A stretch of DNA of 64,000 bases from Octopus sinensis (Eukaryota): assembly GCF_006345805.1 (NCBI RefSeq), contig NC_043014.1, forward strand, positions 2,480,001-2,544,000. Reading direction: 5' to 3'. Position numbers and translations under genes: made by a program. This document shows positions 38,951-53,190 of the stretch, piece after piece (position 1 is the stretch's first letter; each line of letters starts with the position of its first letter). The notes under the pieces are model-generated. The model searched no databases, had not been told where the DNA came from, and worked only from the letters and a program-made list of their open reading frames with translations.

Positions 38951-39491
38951 TAATTGTAGGTATTAAGTTGATAATATTTAATATTATATAACTCTATCAT
39001 AGATAACGTCGTTCAATGTTGATTGAGTTGCTTGAAGGTGGTTCTGTCTCTTAAACTAATCTATATATCATCATCGTTTAACGTCCGTTTTCCGCGCTAG
39101 CACGGGTTGGACGGTTTGACCAGGGTCTGGGAAGCCAGGGGCTGCACCAGGCTCCAGTCTGATCTGGCAGTGTTTCTACAGCTGGATGCCCTTCCTAACG
39201 CCAACCACTCCGCGAATGTAGTGGGTGCTTATTACGTGCCAGGGGAGTCTGGCATCGGCCACGATCGGTTGGTGCTTTTAACGTGCCATCGGCACGGAAG
39301 CCAGTCAAGGCAGAGCTGGCATTGGCCACGTTCGGATGGTGCTTTTTATGTGCCACTGGCACAGAAGCCAGTCGAGGCGGCGCTGGCATGTATCTATATA
39401 AAATGCAGTGGGAAATTCGTTATTGTACCACTGAATTGAATTTCTCTCCCCTGTGGACTCGTAAATAAATTCCCGAATATTAATCATTATA

Positions 39492-39523
<32 letters not shown>

Positions 39524-39959
39524 ATATATAATATACACAAACACATGTTTTAATGAAAGCAAGTGGTTTAATTTAATATTTTCTAATTAATTAACTTTTT
39601 GTGGTACACACACCAACATGAACCGACCTACAAACACTTTTTAATGAAAACATATGCTATGATTTTACAGTTTTCATCTATTTTATCTATTCATTATGTT
39701 ATGAGTTCTTGACGGTGTTTTTGATACTGTAAATTCTTTAGCTGGATGAATATTTCTAGAGTTTCACTGTCTCATCTACTGCATGAAGTAGTTGTTGGAG
39801 TGTGTTTTCCTGATTTTCTTGCACACTGGGGCAATATAACCAGTACTTCGTTAATAATGATGTTATTACGTAATTAAGGCTTTGGTGATGTTGGAATATT
39901 TGGAATTGTTCTGTAGCAGGAGCATTTAGCATGTAAGGCTGAAGACGCTCGACCTTTAT

Positions 39960-40336
39960 TCTCTAGAAAAACGCCGCTGCTGTGGTGATCTCATTCTCAC
40001 TCACAACATCATAAGCGGAAAGTGTAACCTCTCGAAAGAGCTGTTCTTCACTCCTGCTCCAGAGCGTCGGCTGCGGGGTCATTCCGAAAAGCTCCACCTG
40101 CGACGATTTCATCTCAATCGAAGGAGAGGAGCTTTCTCCGTCCGGGTTGCGGATCCGTGGAATAAGCTGCCGGACGAGATGGTGAAGATGCCGACGACTG
40201 CTCGGTTCAAAGTCTCCCTTGACCACAAATGGCCTGAACTCTTTACATGAACACCACCCTGTACATAACTCCATGTCCTCCTACATGGCCTTGCTTTTTG
40301 CTTTTGAGCCAAAAAATTAACTAACTAACTAACTAC
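39960..40336 (+). mobile_element. CR1-like LINE 3' end with (TAAC)n tail
   Basis: SLEKRRCCGDLILTHNII...RGHSEKL...FSVRVADPWNKLP...stop at ~40250. Confidence 0.85.
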
Positions 40337-41590
40337 TGTATCTGATGAAAAACAACAACTCAAGGATATGATTGTGATTTGCTAGAATATGACCAGCATC
40401 ATGAAAGAAATCTGACGATTGAGGACTGCATGTGGGACCAGATCTGAGCAAGACCACCACTAGGTACTCAGCACATTTTAGCCACTACTGACAGACGGTG
40501 GACAGCAGGCATCAGACTGGACACAGGAGGTGATGGCAGTCAGCAGACCGTAGCAGAAGCTGCAGCTGGCCAGAGTGCTGTCCATAATACGAAACAATGG
40601 ACAGAAACAACAGCAACACACAATGGTCAGCTAATGGTCAAGAAACTCACAACAGGGACTACTTTGATACCTATTTCTTTGCTACCCACAAGGGGCTAAA
40701 CACAGAGGGGACAAACAAGGACAAACAAACGGATTAAGCTGATTATATAAAAGGCGGCGAGCTGGCAGAAACGTTAGCATGCCGAGCGAAATGCTTAGCA
40801 GTATTTCGTCTGTCATTACGTTCTGAGTTCAAATTCCGCCAAAGTCGACTTTGCCTTTCATCCTTTCGGGGTCGATAAGTTAAGTACCATTTACACACTG
40901 GGGTCGATGTAATTGACTTATTCCCTTTGTCTGTCCTTGTTTGTCCCCTCTATGTTTAGCCCCTTGTGGGCAATAAAGAAATATAAGCTGATTATATTGA
41001 CCCCAGTGCGTAACTGGTACTTAATTTATTGACCCCGAAAGGATGAAAGGCAAAGTCGACCTTGGTGGAATTTGAACTCAGTACCACAAAGCATTTGCCC
41101 AGCGTGATAACGTTTCTGCCAGCTCACCTTGTTCAAGAACAATAAGCTTTGAACTCTCTCTCTCTATTTGTTGTTCATTGTCATGACAACATTTTTTTTT
41201 TGTTTACAATGAAAATATCTTTTATCAAAAATCTCAAATAGATTTTAGTATTCTTTATTGTAACATTTCCATTCTAATTGGTCACATGACAAGATGTCGA
41301 ACTGACATATTTTGTGTCTGTGTATTAGATGTACTACCACCATTGAGGTCTCTTTGAATATCACCATGGCTGGAACTGATGTAAAGAGATAACTCTGTCC
41401 AACCTGTATCACCACCTACAAGGACAAATCATTTTTGTTCACAAAACTAACTGACTTTGACGTATTTCTTCTGCCAATTGTAGAGAGGTTATATGCCCTT
41501 GGCCATTTGAATCTGATGAGTTGCCCAATTGTTAGCGCTTTATAGGTATGAAACCAATTGTCACCTTCTGACTGACCATAACAATCAACC

Positions 41591-41656
<66 letters not shown>

Positions 41657-42044
41657 TCATCATCATCATTGTTCGACCGTGGTCGAGACAATGGAATATA
41701 TATACATACGATGGGCTTCTTTCAGTTTCCGTCTATCAAATCCACTCAGAAAGCTGAGGCTATAGTAGAAGACACTTGCCCAAGACACAGCCACTCCTAC
41801 GCCTATATATATATATATGAGCCACAAATAGTTTCTTACTTTAGAGACATCAGTGTCTTGATTTTCAAACAGAATAATAGACCTTGTGCTCAGAGCCTGA
41901 GGAATGCCTGTAGACACAAGGCATGTTATAAAAACCTACCTAGACACATGTCTCCAGAAGAAAGAAACCATTAGCAGCTCATATCTTAACTCTGCATACA
42001 TTAAATGATATATTCATACATATATATCACACATATATATATAT

Positions 42045-42405
42045 TAATGCATTCGTGCTTTGGTGTTGGAGAAGACTTTTACGGATTCCATGGACAGCGA
42101 GGCTCACCAATGGAGAAGTTCTTAAGCAGATCAGGCCGAAAATGTCGCTAGAAGCTAGGATCACCAAGCATAGATTGGTATATTTCGGTCATATTATGCG
42201 GAAAAAATCCCTGGAGAAGGACATCATGCTCGGAATGGTCAGTGGCAAGAGAGGAAGAGGCCGACCAAGAACCTGCTGGCTTAACACCATCAAGAATGAT
42301 ACCGGAATGGACATAGCCAATCTGAAAGAAGCGACCAATGATAGAACTGACTGGAGGACACTGATCCATCGAGTAACAGAGAGTCAACTTTGACTGAGCG
42401 GATAG
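42045..42405 (+). mobile_element. RTE (BovB-like) LINE 3' fragment
   Basis: LWCWRRLLRIPWTARLTNGEVL...YFGHIMR...GKRGRGRPRTCW. Confidence 0.9.
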
Positions 42406-42504
42406 ATATATATATATGTATAAAACTGCTCTCCTCTATGTCCATAAAGTCTAAATATATTTAAAATTCTTGTTATATGCTTGATAATAACAGACAAACT
42501 ACCT

Positions 42505-42629
42505 ACATTGTGTCACGCAGTTAAACATTGTAACATGCAGTTAAACATTGTGACACGCAGTTAAACATTGTGACATGCAGTTAAACATTATGACACGCAG
42601 TTAAACATTGTGACACGCAGTTAAACATT
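42505..42629 (+). repeat. 20-bp minisatellite x6
   Basis: ACATTGTGACACGCAGTTAA. Confidence 0.95.
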
Positions 42630-44739
42630 CTAATTGCGTCGTTTTAATTATTAACCCATTATTACCTTGTGTTCCAAAAATAACCGAAAAATACCCAGGA
42701 GAGTCAGAGAATTATGCAAAATAAAATATTTTTCCAATTTCCAATACAATCCATAAATAATCAACTTTTCATGAAGCTTAATGAATCTCTGATTAACAAC
42801 AGCCAAAATAGGTTGGTTTGTGGGTTGGTCGGTTGGTCTGTAGTCACACTTTACACTGCATCGAGAGAGTGGGGGAGAGACTGAGATGATATTAGTATAA
42901 GAGGTGTTGTACCGTGGCAAGCGGGCAGAATCGTCGGCACACCGGGTGAAAAACTTTGTGGCATTTTGTCCGTGTTCACATTCAGAGTTGAAGTTCCACT
43001 GAGATCGACTTTGTCTTTTGTCCTTTCAGAGTTGATCAAATAAGTTACCAGTTAAACACTGGGGTTGTTTTAAGCGACCTTTCCACCCCACCCCCCTCAC
43101 CCCACCCACACTCGAAATTGCTGGCATCCATTTCTCCTTATGCTGGCAGAATCGTTAGCACACTGGGCAAAATGCTCTGCAGTATTTCATCTGCGGCTAC
43201 GTTCTGAGTTCAAATTCCACCAAGGTCAGCTTTGCCTTTCATCCTTTCGGTGTCGATTAAGTAAGTACCAGTTATGCACTGGGGTCAATGTAATCGACTT
43301 AATCCGTTTGTCTGTCCTTGTTTGTCCCCTCTATGTTTAGCCCCTTGTGGGCAATAAAGAAATAGTTATGAGGAAATACATTCACTCACTCTGTCTTTGT
43401 CTCTCATGCACATGTGCACACATACATACAAAAAAGATGTATGCATCTGTATTTATATACATGTATATAAAAGATAATGTGTGAGAGAGAGCAATTGAGT
43501 ACCACTTACTCATACATGCAAAAGAATACTACATGATAGCACACACCTTCACTCACACACTCACTGTCTGTCTGTCTATCTCTCTCACATACACACACAC
43601 ACATGTCCTGTCCATTTCATGTACACATACATACATCTTTCACTTTCTGCTCTCACTTCAAAGCAAATGTTGCCTTTTCACTTTCTCCTCTCTTTCAATT
43701 TCTGCTCTCTTTGAAATAAATTTTTTTTTACAGAAATTAACTAACAACCATATGATCCCATATGATTGAGTTGACAACTTTGCTGCTTCAAACGAAAGAA
43801 TGCCCTAAAGTAACCTCCTATTGGTACACACACACACACACACACACACTCTCTCTCTCTAGGTAAAACTTCTGTACAAATCATGTTAATTCTTGCTGTG
43901 TGCACGTGCAAAATTACAGCTCAAATCCAATTGAAATGGCCTTTTTCTATTCTGTAAGTCGTGTTTGTGATGAGAGTATTTAAAAACCTAATCCTTGATA
44001 TAAATCTAAAAGGAAGTTTTCCCATAAATCCTGTCCTTTACCCATTGTTTCTAGCGTGTCCAAGGTGACACTTGTGTCCAATCCGCCCCCGATATTTTCC
44101 CCAAATTTCTTCAGATTCTTATGTTTTTGATACAGGAGATTAGGATTTCACTCAAAAAATACGTTCTCAATATTTTAACTTTCTCCCTCCTAAGGAGATA
44201 TTAGTCATTTTTCATGGTTTCTAGGAGTAAACAACTAGGACATGGTTTCTAGGAGTAAACTCAAGGACAAAAATCGTGTTACAGTATTATGTTTGAATGC
44301 TAAAGGGTCAAATATCCTAGCTCGAAATAAGCCAAATGTTGATGTTCAAAGTTTATTTAAACCCACAACCAACATAAAATATAAAAGTTTTGGCTGAGAA
44401 CGGCAGCTAGCTAGAATTGAACTCACGATCATGGAAATACGGAGGCAAACCGGAAACGTTTATTATCTTGTAAGTTCAGAATGACCTGTCAAAGTTTCGT
44501 CGATTTAGGCTACTTTTTTTCTGATCTAATTGTTCTTAATTGCCCCAGATGTGTTGATCGTGTTCATTGATCAACTATCTGTCGGTAGCAAAAAGATAAC
44601 GATGTGTTTTCATTAAATAGCTTAGGAAAAGGCGCCGAATTAAACCATATGGTAAGCTGTTTTAATACAGAGACACGTGTTTGAGCCAGCATTTACACAC
44701 ATCCGTAATTCCACCACAAGACAAGAAGTAGCGGCGCGC

Positions 44740-45096
44740 GTGTGTGTGCATGTATGTGTACGTGTATATACACATACATCTATGCATATACTCACACACA
44801 CTCACAAACACATACGCGCGTATTATTTGTGTGTATAGTCTGCGTCAGTTCATTTGATTGGCCATACTGGGGCATACATTCATACACATACAAAAACTCG
44901 CACACGCACGCGTATTTGTGCTGTGTGTATGTATGTATATATATGTGTGTGTGTATATATATATATGAGTGTATATATATATATGTGTGTGTGTATGTAC
45001 CTTTTGCTCCAGTCATTTGACTGCGGCCATACATTCACACACACATATATATATACACGCACTTACACATAAATATATATATATATACACACACAC

Positions 45097-45127
<31 letters not shown>

Positions 45128-45590
45128 TATATATACACACACACGCACATATATATATACACACATATATATACATACACACAAACATATATATATACAC
45201 ACACACATATATATATACACACAAACACACACACATATATATATACACACACACACACACACATATATATATACACACACACATATATATATACACACAC
45301 ACACATATATATACACACACACATATATATACATACATAAACACATACACATATATATACACACACACACACATATATATATATACACACACACACATAT
45401 ATATACACACACACATATATATATACACACACACATATATATATATACACACACACATACATATATATACACACACACAAACACAGGGGCACGTGTATAT
45501 GTGTCCACACACACACACACACACACATACAAACATTTTTATAAATATTCATACGCATATCCACGTGTATGGGTGTGTGTGTGTGAGTGA
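44740..45590 (+). repeat. (AT)/(AC) compound microsatellite
   Basis: Visible. Similar tracts at 15210-15610, 16110-16500, 55720-56090 and 59610-59990. Confidence 0.95.
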
Positions 45591-45852
45591 AGGTAACAGT
45601 TTGGTGCGATCAAGTTCTTTTTCTTTTTCGTTTCCAGCCGTGGCCAAGCCTCAAGCCCCCAACTCCTGGTTCCGTCTCTAGTAGCAGTTTTGATAATGTA
45701 AAAGCTGTGTTGCTGCCACATAGACACATACAGACAGGCAAGGTGCTTGCATTGGATGGTTGTACTTCGACTGACTGCTGGCTGAGTGAGTGGTGGTGGT
45801 CGCCGCTCACCAATAAGCTTCTGACTTATAAACAGAGAGTAATTGAATGTCT

Positions 45853-45884
<32 letters not shown>

Positions 45885-47936
45885 TGAGTAGATAGATAAA
45901 AATAGAGAGACAGAGAAAGCGAGGGAGAGAGAGAGATCGTTTAATAAAAGACTGAAACGGTTGTGATCAGAGCGACCACCTGGCAAGCATCATAGCTACC
46001 ACAACTGCCGCCACAATTCGCAGACTGTCTCTTGTTTGGCTTTACAAACTAAAACCATCTTTAATTCTCAGCATCATCATCACCACCACCACCATCATCA
46101 TTAACAACAATAGCACCAATCACGCATATTGTCAGCAAGATCCCTCTCGCCACGACAACAACAATTTCGGATTTTCATTACTGGCCTTGTGGACTGTGGT
46201 GGGCTTTTATTTCTCTGGTTAATCTTTCCACAATAACTACCTCCCTCTCGATGCCATACACACAATATTTTTTAAACATCGACTTTTAAATCCCTCTCCG
46301 TTTTTTTTTCTACACCCTCGTTACATTGCATAAACAAATATATATACACACAGATATACGCATACACACATATGTATATTCTCTAAAATGACTAAAAACG
46401 AAGAATACACACTCTTTCTATAAAGCCTCCCAGATTGAAATTCAATGATCTTTTAAACCAATATCTTCATATCAATCTTTAATGGATCTTTGAAACACCT
46501 TATTCATTTCAATTCTTGTTGTTCTCAACCTCCTTGTTTATTATTCTCCGGCCATACGCTTAAAACTGTTAATTCTTGGAGTATAAATATTTTTATATGG
46601 CCCTGACTGCTTATTTTCGCTTATCTGGCGATGCCTTTACTGGCTCCATTCATTGAACTGTAGTCGCATGTATGTTTATCTCAGCAGAATCTGTTTATCA
46701 ACAAGCTCCGTACTTTCTACACCAGATCTACAGTTGCTATTTCACATTCTTCTGGCTTGTTTTCGTGCTACTGTTGTTTAATTATCTATCATCATTATTA
46801 CTAATAATCCCTCTATCTTGTTTCTATCCCCCATTACGCATTTACCCCACCCCTTCGTTCTATAGAATTTCACTCTAATATGATTCCTCTTCTTGAAGTG
46901 GTTGACTAAATGTATAATTAGCGTTAAACACACTACACGAGGTCTTTCTTCGCCAATTAGTGTTTTCCCTCTCTAATGCTCAACCACAGAACACATGCTG
47001 GGTCCGCCTATTTCTCGTTTCCTTACAGACTTCATTGAGGCGATTTTAACCCCTATTTAATTAAACAACAGTTTGGTTGTAACTGTGATGGAACCAGAAT
47101 TATTTTTACGAAGACTTGTTGCAATGGATCTCTTATAAATTTACAAATTCTTTAAAAAAAATCAAACCCACAAACTGAAACACTAAACCTGAAAATTCTT
47201 AGGCGTTGAGGACCTTACCGTTGGCCCTTCGTCACCCATTCCGAATGTGGGGCGAAAAGAACTTATTGTTGCTGTTAAATTCTTACCTTTAACGTTTTAT
47301 ATACCGTTAACTCTTCGTCATAATATTTTTCTAATTCTTTTCGTATCTGATTTTCGCCTGAATACATTGTTTAACGGTTGTTGTTTTAAAAGTTATTTTT
47401 AAAGATAATATTTGTCTTCCATCGTTGCAAAATATTGTTGCAATTTAAATCGACTTAATTACAGTTCTGTGATAATTTTTATAAACTATAAATTCCTCGT
47501 TGTTTAGTCAGCGAGTCGAATGGCACCAATTAAAACCCAATAACCGAACCCTGTGACAATTTGAAAACAAACGGATCTCAAAATTATTTAACACATTTCT
47601 TTTTCCCTACAGGTCTTTCTGGTGTGGGTAGTGTTCAGTAAAAACCCACACGTTTAGATGGTGTATAAAGATTTCAAATATATATATATATACATACATA
47701 TACCTCTGTATGTATCCCCATCCCTTAAATAACTTGCAAACGAGTCTTTAAGTTCGTGCAGAAAAATTTTTTAAAAAGCCCTCAACAAGGGAAAAATTTT
47801 CTTGTTTCCTCGTTTCGCACATCTCACAGGTGCCTCTACAAATCTCTGTTTCCCTCTATCGCTATCCTGTAAAGTACTTCTCCATCAGGTGCGCCTCGTT
47901 TGGTTTTATAGACTGACTGTCCGTGGTGGGAGCTAG

Positions 47937-48043
47937 ATGGCTGAAGTGACCAGTCCCCTTTCACCCAACAGAAGTCACGGCCACGAATCTGTTGGCAAGC
48001 GCTGTTCGGATCGTCTCCAACAATCCGGATTTGAAGGTTTTAC
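47937..48043 (+). CDS. Candidate first coding exon of an unidentified gene (MAEVTSPLSPNRSHGHESVGKRCSDRLQQSGFEGF...)
   Basis: Non-repetitive, CpG-containing, stop-free from ATG to an AC|GTAAGT donor. A strong upstream acceptor (tttctttttccctacag) ends at 47612. No homology recognised. Confidence 0.4.
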
Positions 48044-50199
48044 GTAAGTAGTAGTTTGTATTTATTTAGCTTATCTAAACCCATGCATAACCTAACACAC
48101 AGCACGTCAACTGCACACATATTAAATATGTTTATATATTTAAACTGTATTTATTATATGCATATTTCTTTCCTACGGTTTTTGCTTTGTAAGGTATACA
48201 GCCATTGAAAGTTTTTAAACAGATCTTTGATCCAAGACAAATGTATTATCAATAGGTAACAACCATGATTTCTAGATACATCTACCACTTACATATAAGG
48301 CACTGAATCATGTGGGTATCAGTGCCCTGCGTTATAAGTTCAAATCCTGCCGATGTCAGCTTTGTTTTTCGTCCCTTTTGGGGTTGATAAAAATTCTTTC
48401 TCTTTATCTTTGGATTGTATTGGAAGATTCAGCATTAAGTCACATAATGTTAAGCTGATTCGGCAAGAGAACTGCACCAAAGGTACACGTCCGTAGAATA
48501 CCTGGCTACTTACAAACACATTAATTTCATGAACAGGGATTCCGTTGATGGCACGACTGAACGATCATCGTCGAAAATGCCGGAGAACCCGTTACCATTT
48601 ATTTATAAATAAATCTCTGCGTGTGTATAACTCTTCGTGTATATCTATCATATTTTATATGCGTGTTTATAGCAGGTACTCGTCACAGACCTTAACAATT
48701 CATGGTGTATATGAGTTCTTAATCGAAGTAGATATTTTATTGTTGTTGGTGTTTTTTAACCCCAGGTCAAGCCCTGATCCAACAGACCTATAATCAGCGG
48801 TAACCAATACCAAAGACCCCCAATATTTAGAGCTATTTTTGGCCTCATCACCTTACATATCATTTCAATTCTTTAAAGGATGCGTGATTTTAAGGGGACT
48901 TGGCTGTTATTGGTGCTAAACATGTATTTTATCCCAATCAACTCTGATACGTCATACTTGTTCAAAGATTTCCAAGTATTCTTCACATCTTCTATTCAAG
49001 CATAATGTATCTAAGACTACATTATCAATTGTGCCCTCACTTGTTCTTTTTAAAAACTGTAACATTACAGGGGCGGACTGAGCCGTCGGTCAGTCGGACA
49101 CCGCTCGAGGGCCCAGGGCCCGCACTCTACATGTTAACTCTACACAACAGTTATGCCCAGAGCCCTTAATACTCTCAATCCGTCACTGGTAACACATGAT
49201 TACAGGAACACTTGGCTGCTATTTCTAGCAAAATGCGCAACCATGTAGATCAGTGTTTCTCTTAAAGGGTCCTACAGTCTCCCTTGGTGCTTGTGGTGGT
49301 GGGCATGCGAGGATTGAAAAGAGCTGAAGAGTAATTACCATATCTTAGTAAAATCAAAATGGTTTTCTAAAACATTTCAAACTGTTTCAAATGAAGTAAA
49401 AATGCCCCGGGCCGACCAATGCCTTGTGAGTGGATTTGGTAGATGGAAACTGAAAGAAGCCTGTCGTATATATGTATATATATATGTATGTGTGTGTATA
49501 TGTATGTGTGTCTGTGTTTGTTCCCCTAGCATTGCTTGACAACCGATGCTGGTGTATTTACGTCCCCGTCACTTAGCGGATCGGCAAAAAGAGACCGATA
49601 GAATAAGTACTGGGCTTACAAAAGAATAAGTCCCGGGGTCGAGTTGCTCGACTAAAGGCGGTGCTCCAGCATGGCCGCAGTCAAATGACTGAAACAAGTA
49701 AAAATTGGTAAATCTATGTGGCTGCAAACTTGATTGTTTTCTTGTTAATAATAATAATAATAGTAATAATAATAATAAGGGATGGTCATCTTTTTTAGTG
49801 GGTGTAGGGACATTAGACTTGACAGCAGATCAAGTTTCTCTCAGGAATGTTACAGGTGTGGCTAAGGTGTGGTCTTACCTCCTCCTCCTCCTCATCATCA
49901 TCATCATCACCACCACCACCATCATCACCATCAAATCTTTTACCCTTTATGGGGTTGGGCAAAAGAGGACACTATAAATATATCGCAGGCTTTAAAAAAA
50001 TAATTACTGGGGGTCAATCCATTTGATGAAGAAATGCTTCAGGGTGGTGCCCCAGCATGGCCGCAGTCTAATGGTTGAAACAACTAAAAGATAATAAAGA
50101 TATATGGCTGTGTGGTAAGAAGCTTGCTTCCCAACCCCAGGATTCTGGGGTCAGTTGGACTGTATGGCACCTTGGACAAGTGTCTTCTACCATAACGTG

Positions 50200-50545
50200 G
50201 CACTCTGTCGGTTACGACGACACGGGTTCCAGTTGATCCGATCAAAGGAACAGCTTGCTCGTGAAATTGACATGCAAGTGGCTGAGCACTCCACAGACAC
50301 GTGTACCCATAACATAATTCACAGGGAGATTCAGTGTGACACAGTGTGTGATAAGGCTGGCCCTTTGAAATACAGGTACAAGAGAAACAGGAAGAAGGAG
50401 TGAGAGAAAGAGTACAGTAGGGTTCGCCCCCCCCCCTACCGGAGCTTCGTGGAGCTTTACGCTCAATAAACACTCACAACGCCTGGTCTAAGAATTGAAA
50501 CCGCAATCCTACGACCATGAGTCTGCTACCGTAACAACTGGGCCA
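50200..50545 (+). mobile_element. Interspersed repeat family E
   Basis: GTTCCAGTTGATCC...CATGCAAGTGGCTGAGCAC...GCTGGCCCTTTGAAA segment shared with ~26250-26420. Confidence 0.55.
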
Positions 50546-52752
50546 TTGCACTACCACGTCTTCTACTATACCCTCAGGCTGACCAAAGCCTTGTTAGTGG
50601 ATATGGTAGACGGAAACTGAAAGAAGCCCGTCTGTGTGGTAAGTAGCTTCTTGACCAACCACATAGTTCTGGGTTCAGTCCCACTACATGGCACCTTGGG
50701 CAAGTGTTTTCTACTATAGCCTCGGGTTGACCAAAGTTCTAAATTACAATCTTCCACCCAACCTTAGTCACTATTTATGTTCCTAACACTAGCTGAATGA
50801 TAACTAAGTTATTTTACTAAATTCTTTGTTATATTTAAAATCAATTGGAAGAAACACAGAGCATCTCAACAGAAATATGGTAACAAAAGGTTTAAAACCT
50901 ATCAAAATTTGTATTAATTTATATTCCAAACATAAGCTTAACAATGACAAAGATATTTTACTAAATTCTTGAATATTTTCAAAATTAATAGAAAGGAAGA
51001 TGGTGAATTTCAACAGAAATCTGGTAAGATAAGAGTTAAAGTGATCTGAAATAAAAGATTCCATCAAAACCTCACACTAATTTATGGACCAAACCAACTT
51101 AATGATGACAAAATTATTTTACTAAATTCTTCAATAATTTCAAAATTCAACTGAAGCTTGTTGTTTTATGGTTGGATGCTCTTCCTGTTGCCAACCCTTG
51201 CCTGTTTCCAAGTAAGGTAACATTTTGCTCCAGCTAGACACATAGGGAAGGACACTGCTCCTATGATGACACTTGTCTTACGACCGTTTGTCACGAAATG
51301 TCAAGAATTGCTAACACATACCCACATATACATACACATACACACTTTTTATATACAAACACTGCCAGATCAGACTGGAGCCTGGGGCATCCTCCTGGCT
51401 TCCCAGACCCCGGTCGAACCGTCCAACCCGTGCTAGCATGGAAAACGGACGTTAAACGATGATGATGATGATATATTCATCAGGTTTCTTTCAGTTTCCA
51501 GTTGCCAAATCCACTTACAAGGCTTTTATTGACTTGGGGTTATAGTTGAAGACCCTCGTCCAAAGTGCCACGCAGTGGGACTGAACCTGAAACCCTGTGG
51601 TTGGGAAGCAAACTTCTCTATCATACAGCCCTGCCTAAGCTTATGGCCAAGTTCTTCTAAAACCGCTCTCCTCCAATATTTTATGCTTTTTATCTCATAG
51701 CTTCCAATAATGATGCTTCACAAAACAGAAGCTCCTTTCAGAGGTTTTTGTGGTTCAGCTTTTATAGTTTTGATCCCTTTCTTCTTCTTATATTTCTGTT
51801 AAAATATATTTCATCATCATTCAACGTCCGCCTTCCATGCTAGCATGGATTGGACGATTTTGACTGAGGGCTGGCGAACCAGATGGCTGCACCAAGCTTC
51901 AATCTTGATCTGGCAGAATTTCTACAGCTGGATGCCCTTCCTAACGCCAACCACTCCGAGAGTGTAGTGGGTGCTTTTATGTGCCACCGGCACGGGGGCC
52001 AGTCAGGCGGTACTGGCAACGACCTCGCTCGAATCTTTTACACATGTCACCTGCACAAGTGCCAGTAAGGCGATGCTGGTAACGATCACGCTTGAATGGT
52101 GTCTTTTACGTGCCGCTGGCACGGAGGCCAGATAGCCTCTCTGGATGGTGCTCTGTGTCATTCAATTCTTAAAATAATGAAACATTTAGCAAAATAACTT
52201 TGGACATTATTAAGCTCAGGTTACTTTACTAAATTCTTCATTATTTAAAAAAATTATTTAAAAGAGCAGTGTATTCCAGGAGAAATATGGTAACAAAAGA
52301 GTTAAAGTGATCTAAGTTAAAACTATCCTTCAAAATTTCACATTAATTTTTGTTCCAGTTCAGCTTAATGACGAGACAAAATTTCTCTGCTGAATTGCAA
52401 ATTTTTTTCAGAAGTACAAGAGTCCAGAAATCTGGCTATTTTTGAAACTGGAATCTAGAAATCTGGCTTTGAATTTTGCAGGTTGTAGCAGTTCACTACA
52501 TGGTTGTTTTGTTTTGGTTTCTGTGGCATATGCGTCACACGATGCCAGATCAAGCAGACCCTGCTTTAGAAGTATATTAATTTGTATATGTGTAAAAACC
52601 AACACTTCCTTTTTCCGAGCTGAGATTCGAAACTGAATCTAAGGATTCTCACTCATCTGATTCACCACTGACTAAACAGGCGCAAAAGAAATTTCTTTAT
52701 TTACATTATTTATATTTAATGGATATTTGTCCTCACTATGCCATATGCCCAC

Positions 52753-52992
52753 GGGCATATGGCATAGTGGGTAAGAGCACAGGCTACTAACCCCAAGATT
52801 CCTAGTTTGATTCCAGGCAGTGTCAATATCATCAAAAAATACCTTAGGAATGAGAACCCAGTTTCAAAATTTTCTCAAGACACCTGATGAAGGCTGGAGG
52901 GTATATCAGCTGAAACGTTGTGTTAACAACAAACAAGATGAGGACAAATATCTGTCAAATGTAAATAATGTACATAATTCCTCATCTCTTAA
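52753..52992 (+). mobile_element. tRNA-headed SINE-like element with 3' hammerhead motif (H3 at 52879-52924)
   Basis: A-box TGGCATAGTGG and B-box-like AGTTTGATTCC, then the same body, HHR (GAAAC-GTT) and tail as the 12.9-kb array. Confidence 0.75.
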
Positions 52993-53190
52993 CCCTTTAG
53001 TGTTTAAACCGGTCATATCCGGCCAAAATATTCTACCTATTTTATGTTCAAACTAGTCAGATCTGGTCATTCATAGCTACCCTATTGTGTCATTTTAAAA
53101 ATAAACAATCATGAAATTATGCAAGATTAATTTTACATGGTGTGAATACATAAGCTTTACATTTGACAGAATAATCTGAATGCTAAAGGG
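52993..53190 (+). mobile_element. piggyBac-like MITE inserted into the tail of the H3 SINE
   Basis: TTAA|CCCTTTAG...CTAAAGGG|TTAA. The host tail resumes as ATATAGAAC. Related copies: 56912-57123, partial ~25580-25770 and ~13780-13930. Confidence 0.8.

Noticed and set aside
41513-41562. CTGATGA...GAAAC-CAATT-GTC, a possible sixth hammerhead
   Set aside because: Core words and a GUC triplet are present, but I could not form stem I or a convincing stem II. Chance or heavily decayed.
48440-48610. Short stop-free unique segment as exon 2 of the candidate gene
   Set aside because: Weak splice signals, no phase-consistent junction with 48043, and no recognisable homology.
49068-49188. Small element with CAGGGGCGGACTGAG / CTCAATCCGTCACTG ends
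   Set aside because: Probably a MITE, but the TIRs are imperfect, the TSD is unclear and there is one copy in the window, so no call was made.
52753-52822. tRNA gene (also at 58321-58390 and family B/C heads)
   Set aside because: No complete acceptor stem. Each runs into a repeated SINE body, so these are SINE heads.
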